A stretch of DNA of 64,000 nt from Eutreptiella sp. 'Long Island Sound 2002' (lineage: Eukaryota; Protista; Euglenida). Of this stretch, positions 1-12,559 are shown one piece after another. Where the stretch lies: contig OZ038378.1 in the NCBI GenBank assembly GCA_964036045.1, positions 142,166,001-142,230,000 on the forward strand, given 5' to 3'. Position numbers and translations under genes: made by a program. Numbering within the stretch: the stretch's first letter is position 1; each line of letters opens with the position of its first letter. Under the pieces are notes generated by a model, which saw only the letters and a list, made by a program, of their open reading frames with translations, was not told where the DNA came from and did not search any database.

Positions 1-1181
1 GCCGAACCGCAAGATCTGCTCAATCACCTTTGGCACACCCAAACAAAGGGGGACAGAATCAGAAGCCAAAACCTCCGCTAGAGGTCACTATGATGCCCCT
101 AGGGGCCCCTAGTATCTCAAAGTATGGGTCTCTAGTACGGCCGGACGCCCAAATAGTTGCACTGCGCGCGCACTGCGCGCGCACTGCGCTTAAGGCTCCC
201 CCCTAGGGGCACCCCACCGGACGAATCATCCACATTCCTGAGGCGAACCCTGCAAAACAAGGCACAAAGCAAAGAACGGTAGAGAATGCCAACAAGACCG
301 GAGCAGATGGCTGAGCACTTGCAGAACGTGCTTTTGCAGTAAACAGTACATTACGTGAAGATGATGTAACCCACTTGATGGCGTCGGGACATGCCACTGT
401 GCAACTGATGCACAAGACGCCTTCCTTGTGGAGAAGGGCTAAAATGCCGTGGATTTTTGGAAATGCCAAACAAATACAGAAGCAGCATCCCTCCCTGTGT
501 GCACCTCAAGATATTTGAAACGAGCAAAACTTGAGCATGAAATTATGGGCAAAATTGTGCACCCACTGAGTAGTGGTTGAAAACAAGCTCTACGAGGCAA
601 TGCCACTCGGCTTTGTGCGCCGAATAATGCCTCTAAACAAAGTTTGAGCAAGCAATCTGAACGTTGGGACTGACTGGGCAGACAACAAAGGCTGCAAAAA
701 ATGAGCATATAATGCAGGAACGGATGTGTTGAATGCAGGGTTCTCAGGAGTTGATCACTATGGCTGGCAGACACTGCAGCACAGGCACGTGGGTGGCACA
801 ATGCACTGCAGAAGAAATGCGCAAAAAAAAACTGTGAAAAAACCTCCCTGTAAACAAAATCTGAGCAAGGAATCTGGAACTGGGGACTGACTGGGCAGAC
901 TGCCAAAGCTCCAGAAAGTGAGCATACAATGCAGGAACGGATGTGTTGGGATGCAAATGTCCCAGGAGTTGATGACTATGGCTGTTAGACACTGCAGCAA
1001 TGTACAGGAAGGTGGGTGGCACTTTGCAGTGCAGAAGAAATGAGCAGAAAAAACCTGGCTGGATCACTCTGCGTCTGAAAAGAGGTCCCCACTCAGCAAC
1101 CACGACACACTGCTTGTGTGGACAGGCAAACAGTGGGGATCACTGTCATTCTTCTTCCATGTACTGACCACACACAATCTG

Positions 1182-2785
1182 CATTGCAAAGCTCCCAGAA
1201 GTTGATCACTATGGCTGTCAAATGCTGCAGCAAAGCAGGGGCAGCTGGGTGGCACAATGCACTCCAGAAGAAATGAGCAGAAACAACCTGGCTGGATGTA
1301 GTCCCTTCCTCAAACCCGAGACCTTGGTTCCCCGGAAACATGCAATTGTGCACATGGGCTCTGGCCAACATGGCCAAGTACTCGGCTTTACAAAATGCAG
1401 GCATGACCTACCAGACAATCTCAGTCTGCTCCATAGGAGACTTGGAACATTTTGAGAAATGAAAATCTACATTGAAAACCAAACACATGACACCAAGGAT
1501 GGTGCCCATCACATGCCATTGCACACTCAGGAAACTAGGCAAAAAAGGGCAATTTTGTGCGATTTGGTGAAAAAATCTCGGGGGGGGGGGGATGTTTCTT
1601 CCTTTGAGAGGGGGTAGCCAGGGGGGCCATGTTTCTTCTTTCGAGACGGGGGGGGGGGCATTGGCATGGCGGGTCCATTGGCATGGGGGGTCCATTGGCA
1701 TGGGGGGGGGGGGGGGCGTTGTTGTCCTGCACCTGAATAGCTGTCCTACATCCACCAGAACCATCAAAAACCCATTACCCTGGAAAAAGAAGGTGATGTG
1801 GAAATGACCCCAGGCCTGGTTCAAAATGTTTCAGCACCATATACTTTATGTGGCAGTCGATGAAGCTGACGAGCGTGGCCTGCATTGGATCGCAACATAC
1901 CACTGGGTCCAGATGTGGCACTGATCAGGGAAGCATTGTGGAAACCAGGCACACAACAGAGCTGAAAGTGGTGGCCCCAGGCCTGCTTGAAAAAATTCAG
2001 CTCTGTGAAGTGCGCAATAAAAATTTTATCAAATAGACATGAATCCCATGCAACTGCAATTGGCTGAATGACAGAATGAATCATGGCACTTTGACCTGAG
2101 CGAAACATGCTGAAATCTGTGGCCCCACACCTGCTTGAAAAAATTTCAGCACTGTGAACCTGGCTGGATCACTCTGCGTTGCAAAGCTCCCAGAAGTTGA
2201 TCACTATGGCTGTCAAATGCTGCAGCAAAGCAGGGGCAGCTGGGTGGCACAATGCACTCCAGAAGAAATGAGCAGAAACAACCTGGCTGGATGTAGTCCC
2301 TTCCTCAAACCCGAGACCTTGGTTCCCCGGAAACATGCAATTGTGCACATGGGCTCTGGCCAACATGGCCAAGTACTCGGCTTTACAAAATGCAGGCATG
2401 ACCTACCAGACAATCTCAGTCTGCTCCATAGGGGACTTGGAACATTTTGAGAAATGAAAATCTACATTGAAAACCAAACACATGACACCAAGGATGGTGC
2501 CCATCACATGCCATTGCACACTCAGGAAACTAGGCAAAAAAGGGCAATTTGTGTGCGATTTGGTGAAAAAATCTCGGGGGGGGGATGTTTCTTCCTTCGA
2601 GAGGGGGTAGCTAGGGGGGCCATGTTTCTTCTTTCGAGACGGGGGGGGGGGCATTGGCATGGGGGGTCCATTGGCATGGGGGGAGGGGGGGGGGGCGTTG
2701 TTGTCCTGCACACCTGAATAGCTGTCCTACATCCACCAGAACCATCAAAAACCCATTACCCTGGAAAAAGAAGGTGATGTGGAAA
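1182..2785. repeat. Direct duplication of a ~620-bp segment (1182-1803 and 2177-2785)
   Basis: Near-identical sequence; gives the duplicated ORFs 1222..1455 and 2154..2450. Confidence 0.85.
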
Positions 2786-2856
2786 ATTCGACCGTGGAAC
2801 CAGGGGGCGGTTCTTGCGCAAGGTGGTTCCTAGGCATGGGAGGGGGGGGGGGGGTA
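2709..2856. mobile_element. Solo right end of the pogo-like family
   Basis: Matches 38554-38696, including a diverged subterminal motif and a TIR-like end finishing in GGGTA. Confidence 0.65.
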
Positions 2857-4144
2857 CCTAGTAAAATTTTTTTTTGAAAAAACGTTTACTAGGTTTTACT
2901 ACAGACCCGCTTGGCAGGCGCAAGCAGATTTTTGGGAACCTATTTCCCTTCGGGAATGTCCCTTGTAAAATACAACTTGTTCCCAAAACTGCGTCCAACG
3001 ACCTGTGCCAAAACAGGTTCCCCCGCAGAGCGGATGAACATCACATTTGTCCCAGGGAGAAACATGGCTGTGCTGTCAAGTTCCATTCAGCGAAAGTGAG
3101 CAAAATGTCCTGCCATGAGTACAAAGGATACAAGTGGCAGTACCCCACAACACAGTCACGCACACAACAACACAATGAGCCGTAACGAAAAATTTTGGGT
3201 TGACCAAGTGACGGTCCCCCAGCCCCCCCCGGGGAACGACAAGGGGTGGGGAACGACAAGGGGGGGGGGGGGGGGCGGAAGGAAAGGAGGGCGGGGGGGT
3301 AGGAGTGAGACATTTGTTCCAGCTACCAGCATGTAGTCCCTTCCTCGATCTTGAGACGTCGGTTCCGCTGAGACTTGAAATTGTGCCCCTGGGCTCTGGC
3401 CAACATGGTTGAGTGCCCTACTTCACAAAATCCAAGCATTACCTATGATCCGTTCAAATGACCTCTCTGCATAGGTCCCCCAGCGAAGGGAAACCCCTGT
3501 TCTCTGAGCAGATGAAATTGTGCACATGGGCTCTGGCCACGGTGGCTGAGTACCCTACTTTACAACATTCAGGCATTACCTGTGATCCTCTCCGATGAAC
3601 TCTCTGCATAGGCCCCCCAGCTCCAAAGGGACACCCCTGTTGTGAAACACAAGTTCTGCGTAATGCACCCAAAACCTTCCACATTCATGACATCCCTGCA
3701 TAGGGTACCTCCTCACCGCATGGAGCAGGCAACAAGGAAAGAGGGCCACTGGGTGCATATTGGGTCAGTCCCGAAACCCAGGTTCCCCTACTGTATGAAG
3801 TTGTGAACATGGGCAGGGGTTGGCTTGATGCAGTAGCACTCCTTGTAACCCCCCCGTGCAACTTTTTGGGACATACATGATGATCATGTAAAAATCTTTT
3901 TTTTTAGCGCGCAATCTTTTTTTTTAGGTCGGAATCTTTTTTTTTAGCGCGAAATCTTTTTTTTTATGCTAAAAAATAAGATAAGTGCTAAAAATTAAGA
4001 TTTCGCATCTAAAAAAAAAGCTTGGACCCACTGTGCGGGGCGGACCTTTTTTGGTACAAACCCTCAGCAGGGCACTGCCTGGTAACCCCAATCACCAAAA
4101 TATGTTCAGAGTCTATACCACCAAGAACCCACAAGGTACCACAG

Positions 4145-4215
4145 ACATGTCATACCCAAGTTGGTAGATGTATGCGCTCGCAACCGGGGAGTCCTGAATT
4201 CGATTCTTGCTACAG
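4145..4215 (+). other. Degenerate tRNA-like head followed by tandem repeats
   Basis: AAGTTGGTAGA...CTCGCAA...GAATTCGATTC. The loop resembles that of the 39050-39515 head. Followed by TTTCTGGCGC-rich tandem units to ~4445. Confidence 0.3.
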
Positions 4216-5169
4216 GCACTTTTTTCTGGTGCTTTTTCTGGCGCTTTTTCAGCAGTACAGGTGCACATGACATGCATTGAACACAATCACAAACAACAAG
4301 AAAAAAGCTTGGTACTTTTCTGGCGCTTCTGGCGCTTTTGCTGGCGCTTTTTCTGGCGCTTCTGGCGCTTTTTCTGGCGCTTTTTCAGCATTACAAGTGC
4401 ACATGACATGCATTGAACACAATCACAAACAACAACAAAAAAGCTGGGGACCACAAATCTTTGAATCCAGCCACTCGCCGGCTGGGTAGTGTACCCTGAG
4501 GCACACGGTCATCCACGGTGATGGTCTTCAATGTCTTCTCTTTCTTTGCCTTGCGTAAAGGTTTCACTGGTTTCACTGGTACAGCACGTGTGGCAGTAGT
4601 AGTGGCTGAACTTGTTGCAGTATCAGTAGCGTTAGTAGCAGCGGTAGTAGTACTGGTTGAAGTAGCGGACCGACTAGACGTTGACCCAAAAAAAGGGGTT
4701 GGGCGGGCTTGGCGGACACACAGCTCACAAATAACCCAATCTTCAGCACAATCAGAATGCTTCTGTCGAAGGGTACAACGATCCGACTCGGCCAAAGACA
4801 AAAAAGCAACAGTTTCAGCATTCTTGGAGTGGCATACATTACAAGGCATAGTCTGGTCAAGAGCATAGGGGAGGGCAGGAAAAAGAGACAAATGGGTGCC
4901 TAATATTGCCTATTTCTGTGCTATGGTTCTGAGAACCCACTGTACGGGCCACTGTTCGGGGCTGTACGGGAAATACGGGATTCCCGTACGGGGGGGGGGG
5001 GGGGGTTGCTTTTGTGATACCGTTTTCCCTTTTCAGGGGCGGGGGGGCGATTGCTCCTTTGCTTTTCCTGGTGCTTTCACCCCTACAATGCTCATTTACT
5101 CCGATTTCCAACCCTTCATTTTCCAGTTCCGTTTCACTTTCGGTCGGGTGGGGTCGGGGGGGGCGGGGG

Positions 5170-7174
5170 TTACGGCGCACACTGGTCCACTACCTCCTTG
5201 GCGCTGAGGCCGGGGCAGTACATGGCGCCGCAGCCCTCCAGCTGCCGGCACTGCCCGGCGCTCAGCAGCGCCTGCATGCGGGGGCATTCCATGTACCCAA
5301 ACTGACCGGCATCCGCCACCGTGGGGCAGGCCTGCGGCGATATCAGCTCCACCTCCACGGACATGCCGTGGATGGCCGCAATGCGGAGCTGCGTGTCCGC
5401 CCCCTCCGTCGCGAGCGTGACATTCGGCGCGTCGCCGGCGATGTGCGGGGTGGGGCTCCCCGCGACGCGTTCGAGGGCCCAGTGCCCCTTCAGAGTCAGG
5501 ACCGTCTCCTGCGGGAGGGCGTAGAGGCGGTACAGCAGCCAGGACTGCGAGGAGTGGGCCTTGTCCAGGTCGAGGATCCCATTCCCGACGGGGTGCCCCG
5601 GGTCGGCCCAGCCCAGCGCGGGGTTCGCAACCGCCACCGCCAGCCGCCCCTCCCCGCGGTCGGTCGCCAGCACCGCGCAGGGCCGGCTGGCGGCGATGAC
5701 AGGCTCAGCGGTCAGCTCATCGCTGGTCCCCGCCGTGCCGCGAAAGAACACGTACCCCGTCTTGTTCGTGGGCCGGTGCTCCACGGCGTGCACTGCGGCA
5801 GACTGCGCCACGACGCGGTACGCGGCCGCCCGCCCGAACGACCCCAAGTCCGCAGCGGTGGTGTTGACGAGGACCGCGTAGTGGTACGCCGGCGGGCTGG
5901 CGAAGGGGGGCGTGCCGTGGTCCAGGTAGGCCGTGGCCCAGGCGCCGCTGGTGCGGGTGTCGCCGCCCCGGCCGACGGACGACTGGTTCCGCCGCTGCAC
6001 CTCCAGGCGGGCCCCGGGGCCGGACTGCACTATGTACCCGTTGCCGGCCGGGTCCCGGACCCGGACCTCGCCGTCGTCCGCAGTGAAGCTGAAGGGCAGG
6101 CCCGCCGCCGCCACACCGTCGACCCAGACGGGGGTGCTCGCCCCCCCCAGGGGCGCCCGCCAGCGCGAACTGGAAGAGGGTCGTGTGCACCGGCGCGTCC
6201 GCCGCGAGGGAGCGGAAGCCGGCGCCGAGGGCCACGATCAGGTCCCCGAACATGAAGTAGGACTTGGAGCCGGCCAGGGCCTTGGTCGGGTCGAGCTCCT
6301 GCATGTCCTCCATGTGGAACCCGAACGCGCCGTCACCGCGGGAGTCCGCCACGCCCCCGGCGAAGGCGTCGGGGCCGTCGGCGTAGAGGCCGCGGCCCCA
6401 GCCGTCCTTGAAGCCCGGCGCCGCCTCCCGGTGCGGGGCGGTGGTGCCCGGCACGTGGTACCAGTCGTAGCCGTCCACCGCCCAGCCCGAGGCCGCCGCC
6501 GAGACCACGGGGTCCCCCGCGGTGAACAGCGTGAGCGAGCCGGCCCCCTGGTACCGGCCGTACCGGTTCTGCTTGCCCCACCCCTCGAAGCTGTCCTTGA
6601 CCTCGGCGCTGAACCCTTTGACGAACGCCATCCAGCGGCCCCGGCGGTGGACCTGCGCCGCCGCGAAGGGCAGCGGGAAGCTGCCCGCGGTCGGCGGGGC
6701 CTCCGGCGTGGCGGCCGCCTGCAGCCGCGCGTACAGCCGCATGGGCTCCGGGTCGTTGCCCCGGAGGCTGCCCCGCAGCCGGGCAAGCCGGACCGCGACG
6801 CCCGCGGGGTCGTACTGGGCCAGGCCCGGGTAGTCCGCGGCCAGGGCCCCGAGGAGGATGAACGTCTCCCAGAAGTCCTTCAGGATGTCCACAACCTCCA
6901 GGATGCGCCCCCCGATCGCCCGCGGGCAGCTGAAGTCCGCCGCGTAGAGCTGCATGACCCACAGCCCCTTCCCCAGGCTCTGCACGCTCGCCGCGGGGAG
7001 GGCGTAGGGGGAGCCGCGCAGGACGTAGGCCATGGGCGCGGCGTACCGCAGCAGGTGGACGCTGTAGGCGTTGCCGTAGTGCATCTGGTGGTGGTAGGCC
7101 GTCCCGTCCGGCTTGAGGGCGTCCGTGCGGAGGCTGTGCTCGGCCAGGGCCATCTGGGTCCACCGCAGGAGGAC
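5170..7174 (-). CDS. Exon 2 of PL8 chondroitinase ABC-like lyase, with an apparent +1 frameshift in the G8 run at 6141-6148
   Basis: C-rich tract then CAG|GTC acceptor at 7175. Motifs ALKPDGTAYHHQMHYGNAYS, AIGGR, VHRRGRWMAFVKGF, NRYGRYQGAG, DGYDWYHVPGTT and KSYFMFGDLIVALG match PL8/chondroitinase ABC. Removing one G joins the 7282-frame ORF to the 6114-frame ORF, which ends at TAA 5172-5170. Confidence 0.85.
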
Positions 7175-7883
7175 CTGGCGAGGGGGCGCAGGGGGTGTTG
7201 GCGGGACGGGGGATGCCGAGGGAGGGGAAAAGGTCAGGGGATCAATGATCGTTATCGATCGGCGGATCCCCGCCATCAACACTTTCAGTCATTAGTTCAG
7301 AGGTTCTTGCACAATGGCATGGGTCCCCTTCTTGGTTGGGGTGCTCCACGATCATATGTGCGTACGAAAGTAGTAGGCTTCGGGCGGTGTTTCCGGTGGG
7401 TGTTGTTGCACTGTGCTCACAACCTGCTGTCCATTCTGCTGTCAATGGAACCCCGAAAGATCAACACTGAGGGCCTCACTGTACTACCACTGGAGTCGGG
7501 ACTGATTAACATGAACACAGTCAGGCACGTATCTCTCTGAGGCTGTGTGGATGGTCCTAAAGGCTGGAGAGGGAGGTGGTGTCAGGTCAGAAGGGGGGGG
7601 GGGTCCGGAAAAGGGGGCCCTTTGGGTCCAACCGACGGCGGTTGGTCCCTAATTGGCAGGTGCTTTCCCCCTTCGTGCGCGGACCCTTGAACCCTATCAG
7701 TGGGGGGGGGGGGGGGGGCTAAATGAATCCTACCCGTTCCAGAGTAGTAGAAGAGGGTAAGAAGCCATTGTTTGATGTGCTGTTGGCTTCTGAGGGGACG
7801 TGTGCTGTGATTGCACCGAGCAGCATCCCCAAAAAAGCAATCATACGCTACAAATACGTGCAATCAGAGGCGGAGGGGGGCAC

Positions 7884-9005
7884 CTCCATGTGCTGCGCCT
7901 GCGTGCCCTGGTCATCGCCGTCCGCATCGAGCGCGAGGACGTAGGCGAAGCGGTCGTTGACCATGATCCGCGCTTGGTCCGACCCGTGGCCCGGGTACGC
8001 CATCCACGCCGTGTCAAGGAGGCTGGCGCCGTGCTCCCACCAGCCGGTCCAGACCCGCAGCGGGGCCATGACCTCCGCCAGGAGCCCGGCCTCCTGCAGC
8101 TCCCGCCGCAGCAGCAACACCGTCTTGCCCCAGCCCCCCTCCATGCGGAGGAAGTAGTGGGCGGAGGTCCCCCCGTAGCTCATCCGCCCCTCGAGGTCCC
8201 ACTCGCCGAACTGCATCCCGGCGTCCTCCACCGGGCGCATGTCCTTGTTGATGCCCCTCTGCAGCAGCCACCGGAACACGCTCAGGGTCCCGTTGAGGAG
8301 CGCCGCCCGGTTGGCGTCCGCCGTCAGGTAACCCAGGGCCAGGCAGGGGAGGTACTGCCGCACCAGCTCTTCGAACACGGCCGCATCGGCGTCGGAGTTG
8401 AAGTCGAACCGGGTCGTGTTGCCCCAGTCCACGTTGGCCCGGACCCAGTCCAGGCAGCCCGCGGCCGACCGGGACCGGGTGTCGTTCAGCTGCAGGAGGT
8501 CGGACCGCGCCACCAGCTGGTCCCAGTTGCCGCACCGCTTCTCGTAGTGCGTCCACCCGTTGTCTGCGGGGTCTACCCCCTTCATCTGGAACAGCGGCCG
8601 GAACTTGAACCCCCCGCTCCCGTCGGCGGTCTTCGAGTACGCCGCGCAGTCCGGGTCCGCCGCGCACCGCGACTGCATCGTCGCCTCCGTTATCCCCGAG
8701 ATCAGCCCCTGGCCAGAGCTGCCGGTGCAGAGCGCGGACGCCCGGTCCTGGTAGGGGCAGGCGCCGCACGTCCCGCACCGGCGGGTGGGGCCGCCGCCGC
8801 CCAGCACAAGGCCCTCTCCGAGAGGGAGGTAGGCGCAGGTGCTGGGGTCCGCAGGGTCGACCACCAGAGTCGTGTTGCTGAAGTACCGCACGTATTGGAC
8901 TCGGAGGGCCTCGAAGTCGGAGGCGGGGGCCACAGGGGCCCACAGCAAGAGGAGGGCCCACAGCACCCCCTCCCAGGCGGCGTGCCGGCCGGGGCCACAG
9001 GCCAT
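7884..9005 (-). CDS. Exon 1 of secreted polysaccharide lyase family 8 (chondroitinase ABC-like) gene
   Basis: ATG at 9005 followed by a signal-peptide-like stretch (WEGVLWALLLLWAPVAPAS). GC-rich open frame of 374 codons. Ends at GAG|GTGCCC donor (7883), phase 0. Confidence 0.85.
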
Positions 9006-12000
9006 CGTCGTGATCAGTGGTATACTGTTCAGGCTGCCCCCAGAACAGGAACACACCCTGTGCGCTTTCAGCAGCTCATTGAGCTTGTAGCCCGCACCCC
9101 TTGTCCTGTAAACACAAAAGTACCAAATGAATATGGTCCGAATCCCGAGTGCTCAGAGGACAAGATCGTTCCGATTGCACGCAGGGGCCCCAAGGGCTGC
9201 CCACATGGTACCCTCTACTTTCAGGGTGCTGAACCCGGTCTGTGCGTGGGGTGCGCATTCAAGAAGGCGTGGACTCAACACACTGCCTGCCTCAACCCGT
9301 CTTTGATTTTATCCTGACTTCTGTGCACCACTTTGACAAAACAATGGACAGCGGACAAATGGTACCGCATTGAAATAGGTGCCAAATTAATACAGTCCGG
9401 ACACCTGGTGTTCGCGCGACAAGACTGTTCGCAGGACACGGGAGCGGGAGGGTGGCACAAAGGCAGCCAGGCAAAGCAGCACAGTGACATTAAAGGCTTA
9501 CCATCATCAGACAGATGATGTCCGTCTGGCGCGCGGCCCTGGGCACCTCGGGATTGTCATCAGGGCTTAGGGCTTGAGGGTGTTGTGGCCTTCAGGTAGG
9601 GCCTTGGATAGCACAACGGTGGCAGGGTAGAAGGATAGGCCGGTAGGTGCGCACAGCACGGAAAGGAATACATTCCTCCTGTAACCCCTGTGTATCACTT
9701 GCGGGGCATTCAAAACGCTTCCAAATGATGGCATACTCAGCCAAGGAGTGACACAGGAGTGGCAGAAAGGATTGTGATGGTTGTGATGGATGTGAGGACG
9801 GGGGTCCGTGTACTGCGGCAGCGGCGGCTGTGGATGAGGGTGGCACGGTCTGGTGCACAGTTGTCTGGATGCAGATTGTTGACAGACATAGTTCACCAGT
9901 GTTTGGGAGACAGTTGTATGGGGGCTGAGGCAAAAGGGGACCCAATTGGAGCATCTGGGTTGAGGCGGGACCGGGGCAGGGGCAAGGTGAGCAACTTGGA
10001 ACGGACTGCTCAGCTTGGCTTGGGCACCAGAGAAATTTACCACGTCAGCAAATTGCAGGAATACGGCCCTCATCACCTCCCCCACTTATCAGACCGCCTG
10101 CCTGTCCCGCCCGCCCACCCATCTGTGTCCTTGAAACTTTCTCCCGGGCAAAAAGGCCAAACAACACGGTGCCACAAAATTGAGCTGTCATTATGGAAAA
10201 CAATCCTCGCCAGCAGTTGAAATACCACCAAAGATGTCGATGAGACCCCACCTGTAGAGACGAAGAGTGCGTTAGCCTGGCTGTCTCGTCAATTCAGGTG
10301 CATCATAATTAATGCGGGCTTTGCCCTCAAGAAAAGTCTGAGGAAAATCCGGAACCCGGGTCATCTCATCTAAGTACTTTGTGGCCTTGAAGGGGCTCAG
10401 GTACGCCCCCAACCTGTCGAACAGTCCTCCCACACTTGTCCTGTGAACACAAAATACCAAATTAACGCAGCCCCTTCTGTGACCTGTTGCTGGCTGGCCC
10501 CGTCTGGTGAGAACCTCTGCAAATACAAGCTAGGTGCCACAGGTGGAGGAGCACCCCTGCTATGACGGCGTTGAGTCGAGTGTGTGTGAGATTCTTTCTC
10601 CCGCTGGATGTGCTCTCTGGAATCGGTGCACTCAACACAATGCCGCTGTTTGTACACAAATTGGCCAGACCATTTCTTGGTTTGCCTGTGGATGCATGGT
10701 CCCGCTGCTGTGCCGTTTGTACCGTCTGTGTGCGTGTACCAGACCATATGAATTCGCGATGCAGGCATCTTCTTGACAGAAATGGCGGGGGCGGGATGTC
10801 CGTATTCATATGTGCTCTGGCTCTGTGTTCGTCAAGGGGATGCATTCCGAGGGACCAGAGTCCATGTGTGATATGCCCTGAGGTGCGTGTGCACGGCTGT
10901 GGGCCTGACCCAGCCAGGCGCTTGGTGCACGGCCCACATAACAGTCCTACGTTCGACAGTCCAGCAGACCTCAAACCGCGGGCATACGAGTGAGGGAGGA
11001 CCATGTAAAGCCCCAGCACCGTCACAGACGTTAAGTGTGCCCTCCCCCCCCGGCCCACTGGCTGCTGCACTGCCAGCATTACCCCAACCCCCTTGTAATC
11101 CCCCAAATGTCAGGCCGGTCCCCAACATGGGGGGGGGGGGGTTCATGAAATGACGGTCCCCCATTGGGGGGGGGGGGGGGGCTGGATTTGCACCACACAA
11201 TGGCAGCACTAAAACTGCAGCAGTTCCAATATAAGCTAAGAAAATTTTTCCTTGTATTTCCTATACTTTTTCGTCAAAATGATCGTCCCCTCCATGGGGG
11301 GGGGGGCGGGGCTTGCAAACCAGCACAGTGACCGGCGGCTCCAGTGACATAGCCAGGGCACGCCAACCCTGTACCCCTGCTCCCCCTTGTGCAACGACCC
11401 GCACTGTTTCACTGTTTGGCCGCAGGGTAGCGCTAGATGGTGTTTGGAGGCAAAAAGGCGCCGTTTGAAGGGGCCGGTCATTGCGCAGGGTGGTCGTAGC
11501 ACAACGCGGGGGGGGGGCAGTGGTACATACATGGAGGCTGCCACTGTTGCGTCAGTGTGCCGAGGAGACTGCTGATCACTTTGCTTACATCCCGGACAAC
11601 TAGCAATGGGCCTGTCACTTGGACCGCCTCAGCCCCAATGCCAACAAATTCATGGTCGCCCTTGACGCCCTGTCAAATGGGCGCAAAGCACCCCAAGCAC
11701 CACACCCTCTTCCAAGTGTGCTGGAGCCTCATGCCGTGCATGTCTATACTCACCCCCTGAGGATTGCCCATATGAACTTGCCCCCGTGCTTCCCCACTAC
11801 TGGCTGGGGTTGGGGGGGGGGGTTGCCCCCCCCCCCCCCATTCCCCGGGTCTTCTGTGTGGAGTGTGAAATGTAGGTTTGATGGAGGAATTGTGGATTGT
11901 TGGCAGCAATGCTGGCTGTAGCTTGCTGAGGGCTGTCGGCCCAGAGGATAGGTTGTTGGCTACGTGCTGCAGCGGCTGTGCAGCCGGCCGCTGCCCTGAA

Positions 12001-12269
12001 GACGCCCGTTCGAATCCCCGAGAGGGGAATACGAGGAGGAGATGCGGCTCCCGTCGGCCGGCGGTGCCGGTGGCAGGGCGCGCTGCTGTAGGTGTGCGGT
12101 GCCTAGTGCCTCATTTTCTACTTGCAACGTATCATGTCATAGATTGTGTTGACCAAAAAACTACGAGGACGAGACACGCCACCCATCCACCGGCGGTACC
12201 GATGGTGGAGGGGGATGCTGAAGGGGGCGGTGGCGGGGACCTCGCCAACGGGCCCCTAGACGGACGGAC

Positions 12270-12335
12270 GAACCGGGGCTCGAACCCCCGACGCCGACGA
12301 ACGCCGGCCCATGGCACATACCACTATAGACCGTC
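12270..12335 (-). other. tRNA-like (Pol III box) head, probable SINE remnant
   Basis: GGTCTATAGTGGTA...GGGGGTTCGAGCCCC, with no complete cloverleaf. Confidence 0.35.
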
Positions 12336-12559
12336 CATGCCTCTTGCTTTATATAGCGTGAAAGTGTTACAAATCCAGCGGATAGACTCGTCAGAGGGGA
12401 AGCAAAACAGATAGCGAAACAGGGCCTGTCGCCAACGTGTGGCTGCCATGGCAGGAAGGACAGCCCAAGCAAATCCAGAAAAAATCATGTGCTCACAAGT
12501 AGTGCTGGGAGGGGGCCGTAGGCCTAGCCCCTGTGGTTTAAGCGGGCCCATTGTGCCCA

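Noticed and set aside
5014-9317. Long plus-strand ORFs (5014..6255, 5933..7540, 7800..9317)
   Set aside because: Antisense shadows of the GC-rich lyase exons, with Arg/Gly/Pro-rich composition and no motifs.
9500-11900. Coding-like fragments (for example 10272..10460 and 9567..10085)
   Set aside because: Interrupted by many stops, with no motif I can identify; probably old TE debris. The same applies to 15450-16300 and 39700-41600.
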